Source: Rubripirellula sp. (GTDB lineage: Bacteria > Planctomycetota > Planctomycetia > Pirellulales > Pirellulaceae). From it: a stretch of 64,000 bases of DNA. The DNA lies in assembly GCA_965216875.1 (NCBI GenBank), contig OZ244207.1, positions 7,936,001-8,000,000 on the forward strand, given 5' to 3'. Position numbers and translations under genes: made by a program. How positions within the stretch are numbered: position 1 is the first letter of the stretch; each line of letters begins with the position of its first letter. Positions 31,601 through 39,310 of this stretch are shown piece by piece. The notes below the pieces were generated by a model that did no database searches, had not been told where the DNA came from, and worked only from the letters and a program-made list of their open reading frames with translations.

Positions 31601-32071
31601 GGGATCCATGCGGGCCGCTTCCCGAGGCGTGATCCCAAAAAAGGCCGGGTCGAACTGATCGACATCAGGTACGGCGCAGATCGTGTCGACCGCCATCTTT
31701 CCTGGGGTTCGACCCGAGCGATCAAAGTAACGTTCGCGATCCCAACGTCCCTCGGGCACACGTGCCGAGACCTCGCGCCGTTGGCAAATCAATTCCCAAA
31801 ACTCATCGGGCGATTTCGCATCGCCAAACCGACACCCCGTTCCCACCACCGCAACTCGATCGGAGCCTGACTTTGACTCGTCGCGTGACGCGGTGGAATC
31901 TGGGGATGCCGAGCCAGTTGGTGAGGTCGGCGCGTCATCCGGTTGAGGACGACCTCGATCAGCCAACCGTTTCTTTAGAAGCTCGCGTTGAGCCGGCGAC
32001 AGTTTCGCCATACGGTCGGCAAGCGACTGTTGGTTTGGCGTTTCAGGGTCGTCGTTTGTTGGCGAGGGCAT
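25607..32071 (-). CDS. Type I polyketide synthase, single module KS-AT-DH-ER-KR-ACP
   Basis: KS: DTACSSS, HGTGT, GHTE. AT: GHSIG and HAFH (malonyl-type). DH: HVVSGAVTVP, HPTLIDGALQ. ER: LIHAGAGGVG. KR: HAAGLLDD, YAAAN. ACP: GLDSL. No TE. Start trimmed to MPSPT at 32071. Confidence 0.96.
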   Translation of the reverse strand: MPSPTNDDPETPNQQSLADRMAKLSPAQRELLKKRLADRGRPQPDDAPTSPTGSASPDSTASRDESKSGSDRVAVVGTGCRFGDAKSPDEFWELICQRREVSARVPEGRWDRERYFDRSGRTPGKMAVDTICAVPDVDQFDPAFFGITPREAARMDPQQRLLLEVTWEAFENAGIPIDTLAGSKTGVFIGVGTTDYSKVPARYPNYFEHVDAHTGTGNALSIAAGRISYLFDFRGPTMVLDTACSSSLVAMHSAVVSLERGECDFAVVGGVNAIVSPETSIAFSKAKMLSPDGRCRPFDRDANGYVRGEGCGVVLLQRTADATRQKNNIQAIVLGSAVNQDGRTSGITAPNSQSQVAVVRQAIDAAGISVDDIGYVEAHGTGTPLGDPIEMMALGEVFSSRTANHDPIRVGSVKANVGHTETASGIAGFIKLVEMLRHQTIPAQPNFATLNPNIRIPAGVIEVARTSQDWKPNGRDLRIAGISSFGFSGTNAHVIVQQPIATTAETEGHESDQNLYSLPLSARDSTAIKKLAAAYADTVSGRDQRALADLCAAATSHRAGLPFRAVAIGKTSDEIAHSLRRFAADSETDVIDGQKSTSRRPRIAMMFTGQGSQAISMASQLASDVPEFREALGKCETLINNWIDEPLSEIIAGKSVRNLDHTSYAQPAICAIECAMVDALRAHGVKPNVVVGHSIGEIAGLYAIGVLDRKEALRIATIRGRLMGQLTSVEDSKAAGAMAAILTTDDVVSRWIEATGSSVVIAAMNGHGNTVIAGTCDEVEAMIEHANDQNVATRRLAVSHAFHSPLMLDAAEPLREELSAFLKPKTIPGTATFISTLTGVRETKIDVDYWIKHLLSPVRFSDAIETLAELDVDLAIEVGPKSQLCGMVRRTLAASTSQRTTNELKTTAVIDGKRPDLLCWSQTLAEAWSVGAKAKLNSREVPRGACSLPNYPFQHQRCWYEPPKAGNHEAGGAVVHPLLGVRQQLASGHTLFRNALRSEEPYYLSDHVVSGAVTVPAAAWIEAIRAAAADVFEEASFEICDLDIERALFLEQGQPVEVQIDVSPIRGGRSRIQISALTDVESAEWQSCATAVAVRASHLASTHRSLCEPADNVSAVDVDSLYEAMSAVGLEYGPDFQVITAIESDGRHAIAKLQLSPNLDNAASQLHPTLIDGALQTIAAVVPDTLKSTTYLPSTIGKIRLGELAPIAKAIVHCTQASANLITADIDLLAVNDECVASLSSVQLKALSKSNSTTVANPENWIYHTRWEPSLDVESADESELGFQIESSHPIVFLGNEELESIVAPPFDASETREHWVWTWTAHEDDESQATTKATSQLLATVKSALNANRAPMLSIVTKQAHSIGIGEPSDPVATALDAMARVVANEHPQLEVRCLDVDSIDEDSASAIANWLGRSGNESQLALRRSRFFAPRLIADESDASLSVPSHGSYRVRLDGTDRMEGLWTERIALPKPASGELLLEVSAIGLNFSDVLKAMGLYPGIEDEVVPMGIEICGRVTSVGENVDSSLVGKRVMGVVPYGFASHAVTKDYLVVPVPESLSDQEAASIPIVFLTAHHALRKIARLQSGEKVLIHAGAGGVGLAAIQIAHSIGAEVFTTAGSPAKRRLLQQMGVPAENIYSSRDLDSIQQIRQRTGGTGVDVVLNSMPGEWIDASLGLLAAHGRFLEIGKTDIYQNRAIGLLPFQDNLSYSAIDLDRMFRFREAEVRELFREVTELFQDGTYQSTPLTSFRLSELAEAMRFMAGRRNIGKIVLTPTTPEPERVAREGAYLITGGSGSIALGLAKRLIQRGATAVALVARRPVNDAVQSLQDWAKTQNGSIAYLQADCSDEASMNEAVDQAVSQFGKVVGVVHAAGLLDDRMVHDLDADSLQRVLAPKVDGVIALEKVTKHQPISSFTVLGSVASVFGSPGQANYAAANAFLQGFVKRRRAKGKPASIVHWGPWGSNASVDIGGMADDPARLKNLASRGLTPLKFDAALDLLIDGAVENRESFVAVDAKFGVMLGGTKETSIPSILRSQKSDADSAVGGSTSIDTPFLSEIKRLESDQRRQRITDYFIGQLASIMSTGAEAIDPQAPLAALGLDSLMAFELKNTIEAKLDISIPINRFVDNPSIVSLAETTDELIVPSEASVTSEA

Positions 32072-34226
32072 GGTTGATCTCTTCGTCGGAAAGCTGCTCG
32101 ATCTCGCCAAGCAGCTCGTCCAACTCGGCTTCAGAAACATCGGATGATGGATCAGTCTTTTCGTTCACGCACAACTGATCTGCGATGAAGACGCTTAGGC
32201 GGGAAACCGTTGGATGGTTCCAAGCCACGATGGGGGTCAATTCGATTCCCGACCAATCCTCGATTTCACCACTCATCTCGACCGCCGTTAGCGAGTCGAG
32301 TCCGTAGTCGGCAAATGGTTTTTCCAAATCGACATCCGTCGGTGGCACGCCTGCGCGAACCACAAGCCATTCCGACATCCAGTTTTGGATCAATTCAGAA
32401 ATCGCTTCTTTGTCGTCGGGCGTTGGGCTCTTGGGCAGGCTGGGAATGGCGATCGGCGTTTGCTCGCTTCCTACCGATCGATCGTAACGATGTTTGGCCT
32501 TGATTCCGTCTGAATCAAACAATTCGCGACAACGACTTCGTTGCACTTTTCCGCTGCTCGTCAGGGGCACGGTGGCCTGTCGCACGAGCAAGATGTGACG
32601 TGGATCGACTTCGTGGGTTTCGATCACGGTGCGACGAATCGAGCGAACCAATTCGGGAAGCGAATCGGCGTCGGTCCGGCGTGGCAATTCGGCCACGATC
32701 GCAAGCGATTCGCCTAGTGTGCTGGTTACGGAAAACGCGGCGCATTGGCCACCATCGCTGCCGACCGTTTCGCGAACCGACTGTTCGATGTCTTGAGGAA
32801 ACAGATTGCGGCCACGCAAGATGATCACATCTTTGATTCGGCCGGTGACGTAGAGTTCGCCGTCATGCAAGAAACCCAAGTCACCGCTGCGGTGGTAGCC
32901 TTTTTCTCCGCCCGCGATTTCGGCTTCAAAACGTTCGTGGTTTTCTTCGTCACGACGCCAATAGCCCCGAGTGATGCTCGGGCCACGCAACCAAATCTCA
33001 CCCACGTGACGATCCGCGACGATCGTTCGCGTGCCAGGATCGACGATTTGCAATTCCGTTTGGTATGACGGTTGGCCACAGCAAACGAGTTCTTGATGCT
33101 CGCGACCACTCCGCCCAGAGGTTTCGATCTGAGGGTGACCTTCGCCGAGTGATTCTCGGTTCACGGTGAGCACCTTGGGCTCGGATGGGCCATCGCCGCC
33201 AGCGGCAAGCAGTGTTGCTTCGGCCAATCCGTAGCATGGGTAGAAGGACGACGCGGAAAAACCACATGATGAGAAGCGGTTTCCGAAATCGCGAAGCGTG
33301 CGCGACAGCACCGGTTCGGCACCACAAAAGGCAACACGCCAGTGATCCAGTTTCAGCTCGTCAGTCTGGTCGGGCGAGATCCGATCGACACAAAGCTGAT
33401 AGGCAAAATTAGGAGCGCCGCTGATCACGGCACCATAGTCGCTGATCGTCTGCAACCAACGCAAAGGTCGTTGCAAAAAGGCACGGGGGCTCATCAGTAC
33501 CGTGCGGCCACCGAGGTAAAGCGGTTCCAGGATACCGCCGACCAATCCCATGTCGTGAAAGAAAGGCAACCAGAAAACGCCGCATTCGGGCTCGGCATCG
33601 TCCTCGCAAAAATCAATCGCAAAACCTCGGCGAATTGATTCGAGGTTCGACATCATGTTGCGGTGGCTGACCATCACCCCTTTGGGATCGCTCGTGCTGC
33701 CGCTTGTGTATTGCAGCAGCGCAAGTTGCTCGGGATCGATCGACAGACTAGCGGGATCGAGTCCTTGATCGAGTTGGGAGGCATCCACGTCTGTCGCGAC
33801 AAGTGTCGCGTTGGCCGCTTGTTGACACAGTTTGCTTGGATCGATGCCATCGATGGTTGCTTGGTCACCCACGATCGCGGCCGGGTCACAATCCATCGCG
33901 GCCGAATCGAGACGCGGCATTTCACGTCCCGGTTTGGGATAACAGGTTGGCACGGGAATCCAGCCCGCGATCTGGCAGCCAAGGAAGCCGGCAAGGAACT
34001 CGATACCGGGCGGAAAGAGCATCAACGCCCGCGGTGAGGTCTCCTCGACCTGAGGCAGTCGCCTTGAGATCTCGCAAGCGCGTGACCAAAGCTCTTGGTA
34101 GGTCCAAGAGTGTTCTTGACCGTCATCGTCGATAAACGTGACGGCGATTCGATCGCCATGTCGCCGTGATCGTTGACCGAGCCACTGTGGCAACGTGGTC
34201 TGAGCGCACTCAGCGATGTCAGGCAT
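32043..34226 (-). CDS. Fatty acyl-AMP ligase (FAAL) fused to ACP
   Basis: LQYTSGSTSDPKG, WLPFFHDMGL, PCYGLAE followed by a FAAL-type insertion, GEIWLRGPS, SGDLGF and TSSGKVQR; C-terminal ACP GLDSL. Confidence 0.94.
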   Translation of the reverse strand: MPDIAECAQTTLPQWLGQRSRRHGDRIAVTFIDDDGQEHSWTYQELWSRACEISRRLPQVEETSPRALMLFPPGIEFLAGFLGCQIAGWIPVPTCYPKPGREMPRLDSAAMDCDPAAIVGDQATIDGIDPSKLCQQAANATLVATDVDASQLDQGLDPASLSIDPEQLALLQYTSGSTSDPKGVMVSHRNMMSNLESIRRGFAIDFCEDDAEPECGVFWLPFFHDMGLVGGILEPLYLGGRTVLMSPRAFLQRPLRWLQTISDYGAVISGAPNFAYQLCVDRISPDQTDELKLDHWRVAFCGAEPVLSRTLRDFGNRFSSCGFSASSFYPCYGLAEATLLAAGGDGPSEPKVLTVNRESLGEGHPQIETSGRSGREHQELVCCGQPSYQTELQIVDPGTRTIVADRHVGEIWLRGPSITRGYWRRDEENHERFEAEIAGGEKGYHRSGDLGFLHDGELYVTGRIKDVIILRGRNLFPQDIEQSVRETVGSDGGQCAAFSVTSTLGESLAIVAELPRRTDADSLPELVRSIRRTVIETHEVDPRHILLVRQATVPLTSSGKVQRSRCRELFDSDGIKAKHRYDRSVGSEQTPIAIPSLPKSPTPDDKEAISELIQNWMSEWLVVRAGVPPTDVDLEKPFADYGLDSLTAVEMSGEIEDWSGIELTPIVAWNHPTVSRLSVFIADQLCVNEKTDPSSDVSEAELDELLGEIEQLSDEEINHALANKRRP

Positions 34227-34487
34227 GCCGTTCGAATTCCCGTACGTGTTTTTTGCCCGATCTGTCGAGCGCTGGTCTGAACTTTACCGCTGCAGATATC
34301 GCCGCCCACTCCCGCGGGGAAACGGCGATACCGTCAACGTCTCGCAGCGGCCATTGGATGGCGACTGCATGTCGGGCAAGATCCTTCAGCCCAGGTGGGT
34401 GTCCGTCAAATCACACACGACACTCGGGTGACCAGCATATGGAATTTGCTGGTTCGATGTGTGTCTCGGACTCACGGACTACCTCAT

Positions 34488-34760
34488 TCATCGTCCGTGA
34501 CGCTTGCCGATGTGGTTGGCAAGTGATCGAGGAACAGGCAGGGCGGTACCGCGGTGGTACTTTCGACGCACCGTATTTCCGTAAAAGTGAAAGGGCCGGT
34601 AGGGCCGCATTTCAATCGGCGTTGCCTTGATTTGCTCGCGGTATTCACCAGTCGCAATCACGACGCACGACCAACCCGGCTCCTCAGCACGAGCATTTTC
34701 TACAGAAACGGTGGCAGCAAAACCGCAAAACAGCAGGGCCAGGCAAAGTTTTTTCATCAT
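34488..34760 (-). CDS. Small secreted hypothetical protein
   Basis: Signal peptide ending in NARA-E; basic C-terminus IKATPIEMRPYRPFHFYGNTVRR. Confidence 0.7.
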   Translation of the reverse strand: MMKKLCLALLFCGFAATVSVENARAEEPGWSCVVIATGEYREQIKATPIEMRPYRPFHFYGNTVRRKYHRGTALPVPRSLANHIGKRHGR

Positions 34761-35232
34761 CGCTCGATTCCAAGTCGGGGCTGGATGCCGTCGGCACGAG
34801 GCCGTTTCGGCGTTGGAGGTGAGAGGGGACGACGTTGGCCTTCGAAAAACGGCTCAAATCCTCCCAAAACGACTCCTCCCGTAGCTCTCTCACGTCAGCT
34901 TTCCCCCCGGAACTCGTATTCCCGAACCCATATTCCCATGGTGCCCATCGCATGATGGGTATGCCCATGTTCCTTGTGGGTGCGCCTGTTTTCTGGCAGG
35001 TGTGCTCAAAATCGAGGGCTGCTAGCCCCTCTGCGGGACTGTTTGTGCGGTCGCGGCCAGCTGATTTCGCCTGCGGAATACAGAACCCAGATTGTATCCT
35101 GGAGCCTTTCAAATCGCGTGGATACGGGATCGCGGTCGTCAAGAATTCCCCGCGAGAGCCCGCATGATCGTTCCATCCGCGCGAGACTTACGTCCTTTTT
35201 GAATCGATTGCACGGAATTCCGGAGCAGCTTT

Positions 35233-36075
35233 GTGAATCGTTCCCACCGCAACCAAGCCGACGGCGGCCGTCGCCCGACTCGCCATCTGGGCAAATTGTC
35301 GAGTATCGGAATCGTTGCTGCGATCGTCCTTTACGCAGTTCTGCAGCCGGTGCTGAACGAGCGACTGAATCTGAACCTGCCGTCGGTTGCCGAGATCTCG
35401 GGCCAGTCCGAGTCGGATTCCGCTGGCGAGAAAGTGGTCGCGCAAACTGATTCGAATCGCGTGGATTCGAGTCGGGTCGAGGCGTCCGATTCGTCCAAGA
35501 AAACCAACGGCCCGCCCGCCGCCAACTCCGATCGGAAGACCCAATCGAAAAAGCAACCGAGTGAATCCAAGCCGAGAACTGCCAACGATCCGAAACCGGC
35601 AAGTTCCACGACCGATTCCTCCCAGGCTCGCGGTCCACCTGCCGAAACAAAGACCTCGGCCGATTCGAGCGATTCCGAATCGGAGTTGCTTTACGGATTG
35701 CTGAAAGAGGTTTCGCCCAAACGTTACTTGTCACCGGCGGGATTGATTTACGGTCCCGGCAGTCAGGAAGGCCATCGATTGGAGCATCTGCGTCGGCATA
35801 CCAAGGACATGCCAAGTCGCCGTGGCAAGCATGGTGTTTTTGACGGCGAGATGGAAGGAGCGCTGGCGACGATTGATAAAGCGTATGAGCGAGCCCAAAA
35901 AGGCCAGCGAACGACAAAGAGCGACGAGGGCGAGCGAACGGTTTATACCGTCGACATGGGCAACCGTGTCGGGTTCGTTGGCGGATCGGTTGGGAAACAA
36001 CAACGCAATCCGATGGCCAGACGCGTGAGAATCGTTGTTGAAGGCAGCAACGTGATCACTGCGTTTCCGTTGTAA
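35233..36075 (+). CDS. Membrane-anchored protein with disordered linker and C-terminal nuclease-toxin-like domain
   Basis: Basic N-terminus, one TM, and a Ser/Asp/Lys/Pro-rich linker. C-domain: GLIYGPGSQEGHRLEHLRRH..KHGVFDG...YTVDMG.RVG..GG...VRIVVEGSNVITAFP. Confidence 0.7.
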   Translation: MNRSHRNQADGGRRPTRHLGKLSSIGIVAAIVLYAVLQPVLNERLNLNLPSVAEISGQSESDSAGEKVVAQTDSNRVDSSRVEASDSSKKTNGPPAANSDRKTQSKKQPSESKPRTANDPKPASSTTDSSQARGPPAETKTSADSSDSESELLYGLLKEVSPKRYLSPAGLIYGPGSQEGHRLEHLRRHTKDMPSRRGKHGVFDGEMEGALATIDKAYERAQKGQRTTKSDEGERTVYTVDMGNRVGFVGGSVGKQQRNPMARRVRIVVEGSNVITAFPL

Positions 36076-36103
36076 TCACCAAGGTGCAAAAAGAGACTGC
36101 AGC

Positions 36104-36415
36104 GTGAATCCGAATCATTGCATCGGTTACTGTCCCATTTGTGGCGGCGGGCTTTGCGGCGTTCGCCTTTGCTCAGGCGGTGACCCGTCGGACCCAACGA
36201 CGTCGACACCGCACGGCTTGGTGGTTTGTGATGAATGCGAGGCGATCTGGCTGGAGCCCAATCTGTCGAGCGAACATCAATACGCCAACCTCAGCGACGC
36301 GCGGTGCCCAATCTGCCAAGCGTCGCTATGGGGCCCCTCGAGTCACTGGGCAGATGCGTCCGAAGTGGAAACGCTCGGCTGGACAGGGCAAATCGACCCG
36401 AATCTGGATGGGTAG
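36104..36415 (+). CDS. Small Cys-rich (Zn-ribbon-like) protein
   Basis: CPIC, CDECEAIW and a second CPIC; starts 28 bp after the upstream stop. Confidence 0.7.
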   Translation: MNPNHCIGYCPICGGGLCGVRLCSGGDPSDPTTSTPHGLVVCDECEAIWLEPNLSSEHQYANLSDARCPICQASLWGPSSHWADASEVETLGWTGQIDPNLDG

Positions 36416-36433
36416 CCCATGCCCGGGAATCCT

Positions 36434-36636
36434 CGTGAGCCGAACGCGCTAGCGTCGGGCCTTACACACCTCCATGAGCTCGGCAAATCTCGAAAGGCCC
36501 GAAGCTAGCGCGACGCGGAGCGACCGAAGAGTGCGTTTCCAGGCAGAGAGGCTGCGATTTTTGGAGCCGGTCGTTCGTAGTACCGAGCTTTTGCCGGAAT
36601 CTTCAGGCTCTTCCGCCTAAAGGCGGGACTACAAAC
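36434..36636. repeat. REP cluster (B pair, partly decayed, plus A2/A1 pair)
   Basis: B at 36434-36461 and partial B' at 36496-36512. A2 (GTAGTACCGAGCTTTTGCCGGAATC) from 36577, with inverted A1 (CCGCCTAAAGGCGGGACTAC) at 36613-36632. Confidence 0.88.
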
Positions 36637-36660
36637 TGGCAGTCCTGCGAACGACGATCC

Positions 36661-36906
36661 CTACCGGTAGATCTCGACAGCTTTGACGGTTGTGCAGGTT
36701 CCGTTGTGCACGACTTCGTCGCCTGGTTTGAGCTGCCGCACTTTGTTCCACCCGCCGCCAACGGGCCAGAGCGCGCGTTGCGGTTCGTTGGGATGCACGA
36801 CGACAAACCGTCCGTTGTTCAAGCAAACCATCAACGCCTCGCACGATTCAAGCGAGTCGTCGTTTAGTCGTTGCTCGATTTCAGGCGGCATTGGCGGATT
36901 GAACAT
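36661..36906 (-). CDS. Small hypothetical protein (81 aa) with Hint-like segment
   Basis: From MFNPPM at 36906: LNNGRFVVVHPNEP..LW..GGGWNKVRQLKPGDEVVHNG...VKAVE. Confidence 0.6.
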   Translation of the reverse strand: MFNPPMPPEIEQRLNDDSLESCEALMVCLNNGRFVVVHPNEPQRALWPVGGGWNKVRQLKPGDEVVHNGTCTTVKAVEIYR

Positions 36907-36987
36907 GCGGGCATGATCTGGCAGTCTTTTGACACGTTTGGTCACGACAATTCTACGACATCCTCGGCACAATCGGACAAACTTTCC

Positions 36988-37602
36988 GTGCTTACCCAGG
37001 TCGAACTGCCATCGACGGTTGACGAAATTCCGGTTCCAGCGGTCGTGCGCAAATGGATCGCCGAAGCGACGCAGCGCATTCAAGCGTTTCAGGACCGGTG
37101 GGACAAGCCGCAAATCGAACAGTTTGTTGCTGCGGATTATGAATTGGTCTACCAGTCACTTTGCTGGACGCTTCGCAATCAACCGCTGCTTGGGCGACGC
37201 TTTTTGGAATGGGGGTGCGGTTTTGCCGTCGTCAGCGCGCTCGCGTCGAGTCTTGATTTGGATGCGATTGGCATCGAAGCCGAGACCGAACTCTTGCGTC
37301 AAGGTCGGCAAACCATGTCTGGTTGGGATCTCGATCTCGAGCTGATCCATGGCAACTTTCTGCCGCGTGGCAGCGAGGATCTTGCTGACGATCCGATGTT
37401 GCCCAGCCTGGGGCACGATGTTCCTGACGCCTATGAAACGCTCGGTCTTGAGCTCGACGACTTTTCGATCGTCTATGCCTACCCTTGGCCGGGCGAAGAT
37501 GAATTTCACAGGCTGGTCTTTGACCAGCACGCCGACGTGGGCGCGCTGTTGATGCAATTCTGTGGTCCCTACGACATCAGGCTATGGCGCAAGGTCAGCT
37601 AG
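36988..37602 (+). CDS. Class I SAM-dependent methyltransferase
   Basis: FLEWGCGFAVV (motif I), AIGIEAE, IHGNF and YAYPWPGE. Start uncertain; GTG 36988 chosen to avoid overlapping the divergent gene. Confidence 0.8.
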   Translation: MLTQVELPSTVDEIPVPAVVRKWIAEATQRIQAFQDRWDKPQIEQFVAADYELVYQSLCWTLRNQPLLGRRFLEWGCGFAVVSALASSLDLDAIGIEAETELLRQGRQTMSGWDLDLELIHGNFLPRGSEDLADDPMLPSLGHDVPDAYETLGLELDDFSIVYAYPWPGEDEFHRLVFDQHADVGALLMQFCGPYDIRLWRKVS

Positions 37603-37625
37603 CCTGTGTGTGGTTTCGATCCGGA

Positions 37626-38087
37626 CTATTCGACTTCGAAGATCGCTTCGATCTCGACCGCGATGCTGCCGGGCAAGGCGTTGGTGCCAAGCGCGCTGCG
37701 GGCCGCGACGCCCGCATCTTCACCAAACACGTCCCGAAGCAATTCGCTGCATCCGTTGATGACGGCGGGTTGTTGATCAAAGCCTTCGGTGCATCGGACC
37801 AAACCGAGCAATTTCACTAGACGCTTGACCTTGTCGAGGCTACCGAGTTGGTTTTGAAGCGTCGAAAGCAATCCGAGCCCAGTGATTCGCGCGGCTTCGT
37901 ATCCCGCTTCGACATCCATGTCCAATCCCAGTCGACCTGTGATCAAAGTCTTGTCCGACTTCAGTGGGCCGTGACCGGAAAGGTACGCCATGTTGCCACT
38001 GATCACGATCGGTTTGTAAACGCCCATCGGTTTGGCGGCGGGCGGTAGTTCGATTCCGAGTTCTTTCAGTCGTGCTTCAGCACTCAT
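37626..38087 (-). CDS. RidA/YjgF family protein
   Basis: LKELGIELP, YLSGHGP, VINGCSELL..VFG, ARSALG and AVEIE. Confidence 0.92.
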   Translation of the reverse strand: MSAEARLKELGIELPPAAKPMGVYKPIVISGNMAYLSGHGPLKSDKTLITGRLGLDMDVEAGYEAARITGLGLLSTLQNQLGSLDKVKRLVKLLGLVRCTEGFDQQPAVINGCSELLRDVFGEDAGVAARSALGTNALPGSIAVEIEAIFEVE

Positions 38088-38236
38088 GGTCACGGCTCGC
38101 AAAAAGCAGGGTGGTGTTTAGGGTCAATTTGTGTGCATGAAGGATGCAAGTATTCGGGCCAATGAGCAAGGGGACGGGCCATTGGGCAAGGGGATGGGCA
38201 GCCGGAATCTTTTGGCGCATCGGCCAATTCGCGGGA

Positions 38237-39118
38237 CTACGAAGGGTTTTTCAGACGCCAATGCTTGACCAGTTGGCCAACCTGATCCAGCGCGTCGACG
38301 AGTCGTGGGCCTGGCCGGTTGAAATATGCCGAGCCATCGAAAACGTGGATCTCGTTTTCCAGAACGCATCGCAAGGAAGCGAACTGGCCGTTCGTTTTCA
38401 GACTCGTAAGTTCCTCTTGGCCGCGCTGCTGCGATAATCCACAGCAGGCGATGAGCAACATGTCGGGATCCGCTTGCACGAGCTGCGACATCTCGATGCG
38501 GCGCGAGGGGACTCCCGCCGTTCCGATCGGGTCGACCCCGCCAGCCCAATCAATCAATTGCGGTGTCCAATGTCCCGCCGAATAAAGCGGGTCGCTCCAT
38601 TCGAGCAACGTAACCTTTGGGATCGGATCGCCATCGGCATTGCGGCGAAGTGATGCGATACGGTCTTCGATTTTGCCAAAGGCTTCCAACGCTGCGCGGC
38701 GATTGCCGGTGGCTTGAATGATCTTCGTCGCGTCATTGAGCACACCGTCAAAGGTGTCGGCACTGAGGTCGAGGGTCGAGCAGTCCGGCATCGATCGTTC
38801 GACGCACCGGCGTATGTCAGATTCGTTCACGGCGCAAACGTTGCAGAGCGTTTGCGAGATGATCAAGTCGGGCTTTAAATCACAGAGGAGTTGCTCGTCA
38901 AAGTCGTAAAGTGACTCTCTTTGATCACTGTGTTGTTGAACGACTTGGTCGATCTCGCTGCATGATTGCGATGCGTCAATGCGCGATCGGGTCACCTTGG
39001 GTCGTCCTTGGACGCCCGTTGGAAAGTCGCATTCGTGCGAGACGCCGACAAGCTCATCTTGCATTCCGAGGGCACAGACCCACTCGGTCGCCGACGGCAA
39101 CAGTGAAACGATACGCAT
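38237..39118 (-). CDS. BtuF/TroA-like cobalamin/Fe-siderophore binding protein, no signal peptide
   Basis: MRIVSLLPSATE, VGVSHECDFP, LKPDLIISQ.LC.VCAV, GHWTP and YFNRPGPRLVD. Confidence 0.88.
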   Translation of the reverse strand: MRIVSLLPSATEWVCALGMQDELVGVSHECDFPTGVQGRPKVTRSRIDASQSCSEIDQVVQQHSDQRESLYDFDEQLLCDLKPDLIISQTLCNVCAVNESDIRRCVERSMPDCSTLDLSADTFDGVLNDATKIIQATGNRRAALEAFGKIEDRIASLRRNADGDPIPKVTLLEWSDPLYSAGHWTPQLIDWAGGVDPIGTAGVPSRRIEMSQLVQADPDMLLIACCGLSQQRGQEELTSLKTNGQFASLRCVLENEIHVFDGSAYFNRPGPRLVDALDQVGQLVKHWRLKNPS

Positions 39119-39310
39119 AGGTTTTGTAGGCAGGGTTGAGATGATTGGCTCAATCGTCGCAGGCGGAACGACCGGAATGATGGGATCACTTCACGCAGAT
39201 GTGATGTTTTACGACGAGGATGCCGAAATCAAAACCACGGCGCCAAGTTTGTCGCCTTCAACACTCGGCGTCACCCTCCCGCGACGCTCCCAGACGGAGA
39301 ACCCAAGTCG

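Noticed and set aside
35006..35917. 303-aa minus-strand ORF
   Set aside because: Antisense to the better supported 35233-36075 gene; Arg/Ser/Pro-rich with no motifs.
39119..39310. Cobalamin riboswitch upstream of the BtuF-like gene
   Set aside because: I could not find B12-box or other conserved riboswitch elements by eye; an Rfam scan would be decisive.
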